DNA from: Hyphochytrium catenoides
Lineage: Eukaryota; Protista; Hyphochytriomycota
Length of the DNA stretch: 64,000 nucleotides
NCBI GenBank assembly: GCA_900088475.1
Contig: FLMG01000787.1
Span: 1 to 64,000 of the forward strand
Direction of reading: 5' to 3'
Position numbers and translations under genes: made by a program
Notes under the pieces: generated by a model
What the model was told of the DNA's origin: nothing
Database searches by the model: none
Seen by the model: only the letters and a program-made list of their open reading frames with translations
Shown here: positions 11,280-22,919 of the stretch, piece by piece
Position numbering within the stretch: position 1 is the stretch's first letter
Layout of the letters: every line of letters starts with the position of its first letter

Positions 11280-14200
11280 ATGGCGCGGTCGAGCTCTGTC
11301 TGGCGGAGCCTCTGCTTGAATACTCTTCTGCTTGCTCTCAATTTTAGTCGTATTATTGCGCAAAATAGCCCTGGGTGTGAGTTTCTTGAAAACTGCACAG
11401 GGTCCGTCCTCATTGATGAGACCTTGTCTTGCAAAAGTGCAGTCCCTTTAGAGGACATCGAAGTCTCGGGAAGCAAACTTCGAGTCTGCGTTAGGTACGA
11501 TCCTTATCGCAGATAATGTGCCAGGCTGTCCTTTCTTGGCTGTCTAACGGTCCCATATCCGTAATCTCTCTTGTAGGTGTTCGGATAACTTTGTCGTTGA
11601 TCTAAGTCGGTTTCCCTATTTCACTTGCGCTGGGAAGCCCTTATGTGGCATCATCAATTTTACGGGCGGCGGACGACCTATCCAGATTGCACCAAATCAA
11701 GCAAAGTGTTTAATGACCAAGGAAGCGCCTCCATTAGTCTGTCTGGGCACTTGCACTCCCGGCGTTCCTCGAGGTCCTGGCTTGACTGCAACCAGTGGAA
11801 CTGGTCCAGTTACAGCACTACCTCCGGAAGAGCAGGCAACGCTCTTACAAGGGCTGGCGATTCGGGCCGAGATTGCCAACTGCGTGCAGACAGTCACAGC
11901 CCCCCACGGCATCATTGCCTGGATTGCCGCTGCTTTGTAAGTGCGGTTACGCCTACGATGAGTTACAACAGGAGCCAATCAGCGTCTGACCACTTGCGCT
12001 CTTGTTCTAGGTCTGGCATCCTCGTCGTCGCCCGGGGCATGAATCGAGAATCAAGACAATTTCCTGATAGCTTAATCACGCTCTATATGTAAGCAAGGCA
12101 CTCTTAGGCATCTGCTTTGATCTGCCTGTAACGCTACTGTTTGCCCTGTTTAGGTTGCTCGTGTTCCTGTGGAGCATAAATTCCGGCCTTGCTTATGCTA
12201 CGGGCTCAAGGATTTATACCGATTCCGCGCTCCATGGATTGTGCGTCGCACAGGGAGTCTTTTTTCAAGTGTTAGCAATGTCATTGATGCTGTATTGGTT
12301 TATCATCCTCCTCGTTATCTATCAGGTATGATGCCGTTGTCTATCCATTCGTACTGGTCGTTCCTCTTACGAGCTGCCTCTATTGATTCCTAGATCATCG
12401 TACGGGGGATCCCAATCAGCAAGATTCGTGAGTGGCAGTTGCGCTACCACATTGTGGTGTGGGTCTTAATCTTGATCAACACCGTGGTCGTTTGGGGCAT
12501 TGATGTTTTGGGTCCGGTTCCACATGTTTTCACCTGCTGGATCGAGGGTGATCATGTGCTGCTGAGGTATGTTGACATCTTCTTCATTCTCCGCCCCGCC
12601 CTCGGGGGGTGCATGGCCTGCAGGCTTCAAAACTAACTTGCACGTCGTAGGATTGTCTGCCTCTTTATGTACTTTCCAGTCCTAGTAATTGGCGGGGTCT
12701 TTTTCAGCTATAAAATTATCCAGTCCCTACGAGCTACTGGATGGAGCGCTTTTGCAGATGAGAAGTGCCGGCTAGTTTCCAAGCAGTACATAATCCAAGT
12801 CTTTCTCTTTGCGATTTACTTCATGTGGTATAATTGTGTGGCAGTCTTCTATAGCACACTCAGTGTGCTGTTGGAGTACAGCGACTCCCCAACAAGCCTG
12901 AACTTTGTGGAAAAGAATGTTTTTGGTACCTGCGCTGTCGCAGGCTATAGCCTGGGCATGATTGGGGTAAGGACGAAGTCGACATATGTGCGTACGATGT
13001 TAGGAGCTGTCAATAATCTAACTGGCTCTTTCACACCTCCTCCAGATCATAGTGTTTCTCATTTTTGGAGTGACGCTGACGGCGTGCAATGACTTCAAGC
13101 GGAAGACTAAAGAAGTTATAGAATCCCTTGACTCAAGGCTCAATAGGTCGGAAAAGGTATGTTCCGTTATACTCTTTGACCTTTGTACCGCTTGCCCAGT
13201 ATACCGTGTCAATTGCCTGCGAGAAACAGCTAATCAGTTCTCTCTTCGCATTGCAGCCAAAGGCCTCCCTGACGGGCCCATCAGAGTCTAAGAGTCTTGC
13301 ACTGCTGGAGTCTGGTAAAGGAGGGAACCGACTGGCTGTAGAAGGGACTAGCACCATAAGCCCAATGTCTTCCGTCAGCACGCCTTCATCGCTTCGCCAG
13401 AACAGCTACAGCCACTATGATAGCATCGATTACATTGCAACAGCCCGTAGGCAGCAGATCGTGGATTCCTTGCCCAAAACAAGCAGCTACTTCTATCAAG
13501 ATGAAGGGGCATCCCTTTCCCTCCAGAATAGTCCGATGCAGAGCTATGACGAGCAAGAGATGGTCTTCGAGCGAGAGTCTCATGGCTACATGGCTAAGGT
13601 CATAGAAGGGAGCGATGAGTCCGACAGCGAAAATTCTGTGAAATCTCAGAAGGCCGCACGTGTTCCATTCAATACTACGCAGTTTATTGCGGAAGATTCG
13701 GTGGAGGAGGAAAAGACGGAGGAAACGACGGTTGAGGACGAGGACAGGAAGGATGTGGAGGAAGAGAAGGGTGACAAGGCCAGTCTTCTACCTGGTACTG
13801 CTACTGAACCAGCTGACCTGCCAACCAACGACTACGCCTCGACAGTGCTGGAGTTGACCAAGCAGGCTCTTCTTGCCCAAGGCATTGTGCTCACAGATGA
13901 CGTGCTGAAGGAGTATATTAAGGAGATGGAGCTCCAGGCCCCAGCGGCTGCGATAGCAGACTCACCCAGCAGCCGCCCGTCACTGCTTGGACCCTTAAGC
14001 AGCACGGATAGCACTGGCAGCAACGGAAGTATTGGCAGGAGTAGTCCTGATGAGGGCATCAGAGCTGGCAGTAAAGGAAGCAGCACAGGGAGCAGCAGAC
14101 CTAGCAGTCGAGGTAGTAGCACAGGTTCCATGAGGCGTTCCAGAGTACTACTGGACGTCGTATCACTCGAGACGGAGTTGCTCATCGAAGAGACAGTCAG

Positions 14201-14456
14201 AGCTTCCCTGCAGGAAGCTGCCTTTGGCTCGAAAACCTCCTCATTGGAGAGCTCACGATCGGCACTGAAGCAGGCAGGTGATGTTAGGAATGCGAAGAAA
14301 GGTGACCGCGCAACGAAGGTCACATTCAACGAGACTGTCGAAACAACAGAATATGAGTTTCTTTCTGAAGAGGAAGACGCGTACGTCAAGCCCAGAAGAA
14401 GGCGACATGAGCCGCCCCCGGGCGTGGCTGCGTTACGGAAGGAAGGGTTCGTTTAG
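11280..14456 (+). CDS. 7TM G-protein-coupled receptor, cAMP-receptor-like (CAR/GCR1-type), with signal peptide, Cys-rich ectodomain and about 400-aa disordered tail; 8 exons
   Basis: GT-AG splicing joins MARSSSVWRSLCLNTLLLALNF (signal peptide), TM3 LCVAQGVFFQVLAMSLMLYWFIILLVIYQII, TM4 YHIVVWVLILIN, ECL2 TCWI, TM5-TM7 (ending GMIG/IIVFLIFG), then the C-terminal ORF ending at 14456. Confidence 0.8.
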
Positions 14457-16437
14457 TAGGTCACATACTATCGTGCTCATGGCTAGGTGTTTGTATCATG
14501 TAGTGTCTCAGTAGAATATGACTCACATGGCCAGCATGTGGGTGGCGGAGTTTTCTTAAAGTCCGCAGTGGGTAAGTGTTAACATCTTAATTTATACTGA
14601 AGTAAGGACGCTCGGGGTATGTAGGCTTTGGCTTTAGGACGCAGCGAAGAGAGAGCAGCAAGCTGCAATGTTCTATGCACCCAGCAATCCTGGACCATAG
14701 ATAATCGCTTGAATCTCTCTGATAGGGCCGTGAAGACAGATATAACCCAAAAAACAACAGCCACTTCAATGAGGTCGTATGTCTCGCCAGAAAGCGTCGC
14801 ATCTGTCTTTTAGAATTTATTTTGTCTTGGCCCCTCTCCCGCTCTTTGCAAGATCGTTCTACTTTTTGGCAAATTATCCGGTGCTGATAGCTTGGCTGAT
14901 ACTTGCCATGAGGATATAACGGTAGGATGCTCGAGCGCGACTAATCGTCTCTGGGGTGGCAGATGCCCTCTTCGCCCAGACAGACGAAAGCTCCTCAAGA
15001 CCTGAACGCAGCTTGAAGACTTCTCTTATGGTAAGTCCTAGTACGTCAGGCATGTTAATAGGGGTGGATCACATAAAGCAAGCCTCTTCCTCCACTTCTC
15101 TTTGCCACACATCAGCGGCTCATCGGTCCTATAGAGATAAGGGTTTGTTCAAGGTCTCTCTGTTTACCAACAGCAATGGCCTCCTAGTTTAAGCGCGGCC
15201 AGCTGGGCCACGCAGATCTAATATGCGACAGGTAACAATCTGAGATTAAGGTGTTATCCTGGTGGAGGTGCCGATTGTGAGGACATGAAAGACTTCTAAG
15301 AAATTTGCAGGCTTTGACAGATTGCCCTATAACAATCGTTCTGTTGGTCAAACTATCTCCGACGCCAGGCCCGCCACCTTGCCACTGGCCTAAAGCAGAG
15401 ACTACTGACTGACTCACTCTGTGATGAACAAGACTGGCAGAGCTTCCTTCCTTCTTGACAACCTCGGGACCTCTCCATCATTGCACTACCTCCACCTCTG
15501 TCTTATAAATTCCGATCTTGAGCTCAAAAGTTCTGATCTGTTTATCATAGAGAGATCACAGAGCCTGACTGCACAGCTCGCCATCCAGGAATAAACACAG
15601 ACGTGGCCTTGGCGATAATCCCAGGATACACAAGCGCAGCATTGCATTCACTAGATGTATATATACTATATAAAGTCTATTTTCTGCCTTATTATTATCT
15701 CTTTACCCTCCTAAGCGACAAGGTCCGGAGATGGGGAGGAGAGTCCAGAGTCCAATAATAACGAAGAACAAAAAGGCGCGTCTTCCGGTCTAATATTGTG
15801 GTTGATGTGGTGGATGATAGGGACAGAGGCGGCTAAAGAACAGATTCTTCCCTGCCCTACTGTGCGCCCCCCACGAAGACAGCTACCTTCAGACTTTAGA
15901 GTAAAGCCGGCGGACCAGGATTAGGGAACAATGCATCAGAGTCTAAAGAAATGGTCAGAGTATCGGTTTATTTTTAGGAGCCAAAGGATCTGAACTGTCC
16001 AGGCATGACGAGGAGAATCTTTAGGTTCTGTCCTTTCCCTAAGAACTTCAAGTGTTATCCTTCGTTATTGTTCTTCCGTGTAAACTCTGTCTAGCCATCA
16101 AGGAAACTCTGTCTCGCAGAATCCATCTATCTCCTTGCCCTCTTCCTCCTGCGCTCTCTGTCACCAAGCCTGACGATATCTGTATCTCTCTCTCTTTGGC
16201 ACACCTCTCTCTCTCGCTTGTCCTTGCCCTTGAAGTTTCCCTGAACAGTTTGCCATCGTGGTCGTGGCTTCTGATCGCATCATTGCCTCTCAGAAGAGCC
16301 TCCAGCTCCTTCCTCCACTGTTCATTCTTCTTCTTCCTGACAGTTGGTTAGGCCCAAGCACGGGAGCCGCGTCACATATCAACCAACTCAGTCTTTTCCA
16401 GGCCAGCGTGGAGGCAGCTTGTTGTTGTTGTGATTTA

Positions 16438-18860
16438 ATGTCGTCCAAGGAAAGCATGACTGCAGGCAACTTCGTGAGCACATCGGAGGAGCCTCGCGCC
16501 ATTAACGGCGAGCCATGGGTAGAGATCACCGACGCGCCATCTGGGGCGATCGCTCTCAGCAAAATTGCAGAGTTCGAAAAGGTTTTTCTCTCTGATGCGA
16601 AGAACAAGCTGGCCATGTAAGGTTATAATTCAATAAGCAGACGCCAAAGAAAGTGCTGAAATTGTTCCGTCGTACTGTGCGTGCCTGTCTTGCCTGAACT
16701 CCTTTGCTGTTTTATGGAACAGGAATGCGGTGACATCCAACGCTGCGTCCACCGTCATGGCCAACAGAGAGAAGCTCCAGCAGCTTGACTATACCTTCTC
16801 TAACAAGTTGGAGGAGTTGAAGATCACGAACCAAAAGAGATCTGGCCGGTGCTGGATCTTCGCATGCATGAATGTCCTCCGTTTCCACTTGTTCAAGAAA
16901 TACGAGTTGCCCGATGATTTCGAGCTCTCTCAGACTTATATCTACTTTTGGGTAAGAATAAGTTTTTGGTTGTTGCTCTCTCAAGGTGGCTCGCGCAGTT
17001 GCGCTTCTTCTTTCTCTCTGTTGCACCTTGTTGCGTTCAGCAGCCTCTCTCTTGCGTCTGTACGCTACTACCATCCCCGTTCCTCTGTCTCCAATTTCTG
17101 GAAGCTCCGCATCGCAGTGGCCGCTAATATGAGGACGTATAGGACAAATTTGAGAAGTCAAACTTCATGCTGGAGAACATCATCGCCACAGCCGACGAGC
17201 CAAGTGACAGTCGCGTCGTGGCACACCTACTAACTGACCCAATCTGCGATGGCGGGCAATGGGACATGTTGGTCAACGTGATCACCAAGGTAATCAAGGA
17301 TCCTGGAGCCTTTGCTGCCAGCCTTTTCCATATCTGCGCTAATTGCCAAATTTTTTACCATTCACTTTGTGCAGTATGGCGTTGCACCGAAGTCAGTCTT
17401 TCAGGAGACACAGTCCTCGGAGTCATCAATGCCTCTCAATGTGTTCTTACTCTCGAAGTTGCGCGAGTATTCGTGCATCTTGAGAAAAATGAAGGGCGAA
17501 GGGAAGTCGATCGAGGAAATCAGGGCGAGGAAGGAGAAGATGATGGAAGTAAGATGAAGTTGGCGCCTGCTAAAAGCAATACCGCACTGATCCCATGTTC
17601 CCTCGTTTTCTGGCTACCATTCGTTTCTGTTGTATGCCTACCCTATCTTTGAACGCAGGAGGTATACAGGATCCTTACTATTCATCTTGGGACCCCTCCA
17701 AAAGCATTTGACTGGGCGTACACGACCAAAGACAAGAAGTATAAGATAGTAAGAGACTTGACGCCACTAAAGTTCTACAAGGAGGTACTGGATCTTGACG
17801 TCAGCCAGATGGTCAGTCTGATCAACGATCCTCGCAATAATTATGAGGAGATGTATACGGTTGATAAGCTTGGGAACGTGGTTGGAGGGAGACCGATTCG
17901 GTATCTCAATCTTCCGGTTGATGATCTGAAGACTTATGCCAAGAAAGTTATTGACGCTGGCTCTCCGGTCTGGTTCGGATGCGATGTAAGTGCAGATACC
18001 GCCTTTTCCCTTTGGTCTGGGGATACGTGGATCAATGCTCTAAACGCAAGGCGTTCCCTCAGCTTATGGCATTAGTTAGTGTTACTTGAAAAATATTGCC
18101 TGGCTCTACCTTCCCGCGTGTTACGTCTTCCTTCGTACTGGAGAAGACTACTTATTTAGTTGCTCATACTACCCACGATCTTGCATGTCGACCTCATTAG
18201 GTCGGAAAGGATCTCCTACGGCCAAAGGCCGCCGTGATGGACCTTGGAATACTGGACTACGAGCTACTCTATGGGACGAAGTGCAACCTTTCTAAGAAGG
18301 ACCGTTTACTCTACAAGGAGAGCCTAATGACACATGCGATGGTGTTCACTGGATACGACAAGCGTGACGGTAAGTTAAAAGGCTTGTACTATCTCTATTG
18401 GCACTATATTTGCTTCCAAGAGACCTTGGACGTACGTTCCAGACACTTCTCCAACAGGCGATCATCTCCACGTCTGTTGAGCACCGCTATTGACTTCTGC
18501 CAGTGTATTTAAATCAGCGCTTAATCCAGCTTCGCACCTGCAGACTCTGAGAAGATCCTGCGTTGGAGAGTGGAGAACTCTTGGGGTGCCGATGATGGTG
18601 ATAAAGGCTATTTCGTGATGACGGATGACTGGTTCAGCGAGCACATGTACCAGGTTGTGCTTGATAAATCCATGTTGTCCGACGAACATCGCGCTGCGCT
18701 TGACAAGGAACCAATGGTGCTTCCCCCTTGGTATGTGACTCTTGACTTTAGTCATTTTGCTCTTATCTAACATTATCCTCCTTCCTTGGTGGATCCCGTC
18801 TTCCTTATTTTGCCGTCCCTCGAACCTAGGGATCCAATGGGCTCTCTCGCTAAGCTCTAA
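16438..18860 (+). CDS. BLMH: Bleomycin hydrolase / aminopeptidase C (peptidase C1B); 8 exons
   Basis: Catalytic motifs NQKRSGRCWIF (Cys), THAMVFTG (His) and WRVENSWG (Asn). Also ELSQTYIYFW|DKFEK, DGGQWDM, VWFGCD and C-terminal LPPW|DPMGSLAKL*. All introns are GT-AG. Confidence 0.97.
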
Positions 18861-19091
18861 GGTAGGCCTCAGAGACAGTGGTCATGGCAGTAAGATGGTA
18901 TTCGGTGCTTGTTCCGCACGAGATCAAGCTCAAGAACCACCGCTTTCTCTCCCCAGCAGAGTGAGAGAAACAAATGTGTAGTCAGACGTATACATACAGT
19001 GTAATCCTGTCTCTCCCTTCCAGAGCTAGACTACCGAGTTTTCAAACTTATGACGTCTATATCGACGTCCATATTGGCGTCCTGAGTGGGG

Positions 19092-21940
19092 TCATCCTTC
19101 CTCACTCTCTACTACGATCTCATAGTCCGACGACTTATATCCAACCCTTTGTAGTTGAGTTTGCAGGTCTTTCAGAACTTCACTTGAGAACACTGGGCCT
19201 CGATGTGTTTCTACTACAGCGTTAGCCGTGCGTTGTTTGGAGTTATCGTCCTCTTGAGGAGTCAAACTGTGGTTCTCCCTTGTACAAGCCACATCTTGTT
19301 CGCCTTGAACCCTCTCCTTCTTGAAGGGTCTCCTTTCAAGCACTCTCTGCATGTTGATTGTGAAAAGGTGCATCAGAGGAAGAGACCCGTCTCCTTAGCT
19401 ACTGACCTCAAGCTCTTCAAAGACGTCCCCCATGTGCACGGCTGGGCTCTGATGAGCTCCAGGATCGGCACGCACAGTTTCCTCAATGTCATGATCTTGC
19501 ATTCCACTGACGCCGACGAAGACATCAATGAGATCCTGGTCCTTCATCCCGATATTTGAATATAAAGGCTGTTGGCTGTGATCTTCTTGAAAGGGCTTCC
19601 TATTCGCTACGAACCCAGTGAATCCGCCATTGTAGGCAGGTGACAAGTCTGGCTTGGAGCAGTTTCCTATTCAGACAAAGGCGTTTGCAGAAGGAGAGTC
19701 GAACAGCAAGACGAGAGCCGTAAGGATGAAGAATTGTACGACGGCTTATGAGTCTATCAGCCTAGACGCACAGACACTTGACCAAAGTCCAACCTCTAAG
19801 CGTAGATTGTGGCTGGAAAGTCCGGCTGGGAATGCGCTTCTGTCCCTTTGCTCCATAAAAAGCACCATGTTGCTTAACCTACAAAGAAAGCCCCTTGAGA
19901 TATTCATCTCTTCTTGCCTTGTTTTATTGATCGGACTACCTTGTCTAGGTAAGACTCTGCTAGGAGCCATAACCCTTCAATTCGCTCCTCTTCTCTTCTA
20001 CACGCTTTCCGAGCTTGTCTAATGGTCTTTGAAAGCTCTGGCAGCACGTCGTGTCTGTCCATAGCTTCATCTTTGGCCTCATCGATGGCCGCAAGGATCA
20101 TTGAGGCGCAGCTTTCATACTCCAATTGGACCTGTCTTAAGACATGCAGCAAGCAATCCAGACTACGATCCCATGCGACGTCTTTGGGTTCTGATTGAAG
20201 CATGGTCTTGCGGTTGCCGTGGAGATGGCTACTCATGGTCTCCATGGATGCGTTTATCGCAGTACCGAGACATCGGGACGAAAGGCGAGCGGACATGAGT
20301 ACGTCTATCAGGGTCCGTGACCTCTTATCGTGCGAGCAAGATTCGGAGCACCTCTGTGATAGTCCGAGAAGCCAGCTTGAGAGGAGACGGTCCTTTGTTC
20401 TTGACATCCTCTGTAGTGACGTGAGCAACAGAGAAGGCTCTTCCTCTTCCACATTGGCAAGATCTGGTATACTTGGCTCTGTAGAGCTCAATCCTGGCTA
20501 CACCCTAACGAGGTTAATGGCCTGCTATTTCTGACTGAAGCCTAGATCCTTCACCTTTTGCGTTCCTATAGTCTGCTCGAATGTATAAAGTAGTGTCCTG
20601 AGTGCTGAGCGATAGAGTAGGCGGGTGGCCCTGCAGCTAAGTGCCCTCTGACTCTTCGACGCTTCTAAGCGTTCTACAGGGACGGTAAGTCCCGCAGAAT
20701 AGCCTGTCCAAGATACCATTAGCACCAGTTCTGTATATAGCCTGGAGATACAGACCTTGGGAGGATGACTCCGCGAGTTTGACTAACCACAGAGTCCGAT
20801 CACTGATTTGCTACAGAGGTAGAACGATGGGCCGAGTCAAGGACTGATATGACCAGAGCTCCTCCTTTCTTACCTGAAAGGCTCTATTCAACTCAAGGAG
20901 GTGTTTTGCTTCTCTTATTGTAACCAGATGGACGTAGTAAAAGTAGAAAAAGTAGATCGACTTCACCTAGATCGTTCGAGTAGAATGTCAGTAAGCCCAG
21001 GTGCACCGCAAAGGCTTGCGCTAAACGGTCAAGACTGGACGTACCAGGGCATGAAGCGCTGCAGGTAGCAAAATGATGGCTAGACTGTAGAGAACAGAAC
21101 AGTAGCTTTCAGCAAAGATGGGATAACTTATGCACCCCAGAAGGATACTTTCTACTAGCAAGGGGCACAGCAGCCATAGCAGCTCGTTCACTATGTCCAT
21201 GGTCTGGACTTGCGCGCCTTTAGGTCTGCAAAAATCCTTCACTTAGCAAAAAGTGCAATCACTGTGAGCTCTTTTGTCGGCCAACCCTCACCTGTCGATT
21301 TTGGGCTGCGAGTCTTGATGCCGGACTTCATGGGCCAATGACTGGAGCTCAGTACAAGCCAGACGTGAAAGGAGCTCGCTAACATCGTAAGGACCAACCC
21401 ATCTAGTGAAACGTGACCAGAACGTTGTGGCGTAGGAGGTACCGTTGACTTTGACGTCCGACTTTGCTTGCTCCGCTGCCGCTAGCTTCTCCTGGCTCTT
21501 CAAGCTTCCTGTTAATAATCCCTGAGCTGTTGCTGGTAAACCATCTAGCTGAGACAGGTATCTCCCCATGGATGTGTTCTGGAAAATAAGTTGCTCTGGG
21601 ACGCCAGTCTTAGCATGATCTGCTTGATCCCTTTGTCGTTATAGAAGTGAGCCTTTATCTAGTAGCCACAAATCAGCCGCAGTACTCACCCTTTAGAGGC
21701 CTGCTTAGTAAGTAGAGCTCTTTCTAACTTCAGGTCTGGGCGCAAATTGGCTAAAGGGTCTGTCATTGTGGAATTTTTACGTTTGTACACGTATAAGGAA
21801 TCCACTTCATCGTCTTTTGGATGCTCTTTGTCATTTACATCGTCCCTAGGATGCTCTTTGTCCGGTACCAAGAAAGGGGATCTTTCAGACTGCTCTTCCG
21901 CCCAAGATAGACTTTCCAGATCGGTAGAAACCGCTGGCAT
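19092..21940 (-). CDS. Vezatin-like membrane protein (multi-exon; 5' end and one internal junction uncertain)
   Basis: Spliced product has two hydrophobic segments (ELLWLLCPLLVESILLGCISY; VLYSLAIILLPAALHAL|VKSIYFFYFYY). These are followed by TLWLVKLAESSSQ|GYSAGLTVPVERLEASKSQRALSCRATRLLYRSALR, then SLLLTSLQRMSRTKDRLLSSWLLGL, a coiled coil, and C-terminal IDVFVG...VFEELE|RVLERRP. Confidence 0.6.
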
Positions 21941-22919
21941 TTTTCCTATCGACTAGGCTGCTACTGGTCGATATGGTGGTCACAGGTTGCGAGTCGGTCC
22001 TATTCTGGAGAATGCCACTCGCGAAAGTGCGTTACACTTCCCTCACCGGGCGAGAGGTCACCCCAGGTCCGGACACATTGCGGGAGTTCCTTCCTACTAT
22101 ACTTGGCAACCTACTAATAATCTGCAGCTCAGATGTCAGAAGTCGACCGTGCACCTCCTGCTGCAATTGCTCTCGCGTGCTACTTGCTGCAGAAAATTTG
22201 CCTCTGTAAGCTGCCACGCAAGCGGCAGAGCTTGAGATGGCAGCATACGGGCAGCTCAATCATCCTCATGGTTGAAGCAGCAAAGCTCTCACCCAAAGGT
22301 TAGTGCGCTGTTGGAGATGGAGGCCACCAACCCCAAGAGAGCAAAGAGCTTCTCATTGTCCACCAAACATACCGCTAACGGCCAGACAGGGTAAAGCCAA
22401 GTGCAAGTTGTTCAGAGATGATAGGCCTACGGAATTAGGAATAGAGCACGACAGGTCGTCATGATTCATCATATACCCATGCATATGCGTAACAAGACCC
22501 ATTCACCATTCACCTTATAACAGCACCCACAATGGGAAGAAGCATGGCAATAACTCTTGCCTGTAAAAAGGTGCAGTAGAATATAATTCTTGAGAATCAG
22601 AACCATCATTGCCATGGTCATCTCTCTTTTGTCTCCAGATCTCAACGGCGTTCTGAAGCCTTTGAGATTGTCTTAGAAGCTCATGAACAAAGTGATCTTC
22701 GTCTGCTGGTGCTGGTCATGAGAACTGTCAAAGCTTAGTGGAACGATGCTTCATCGCTCTAAGAGAGTACGGACTTGGACGTCCGCTCGATGATGACACT
22801 ACGGTGCTCAATGCTCAAGTGATTGCTTCAGTCTATGGCTTCTCCTTAGGCAGGGGAACAATGGAAGGGACATTATAGTGACAAAAAATATAGAGGACTC
22901 TGGGCCCTGCCGGAATTGT

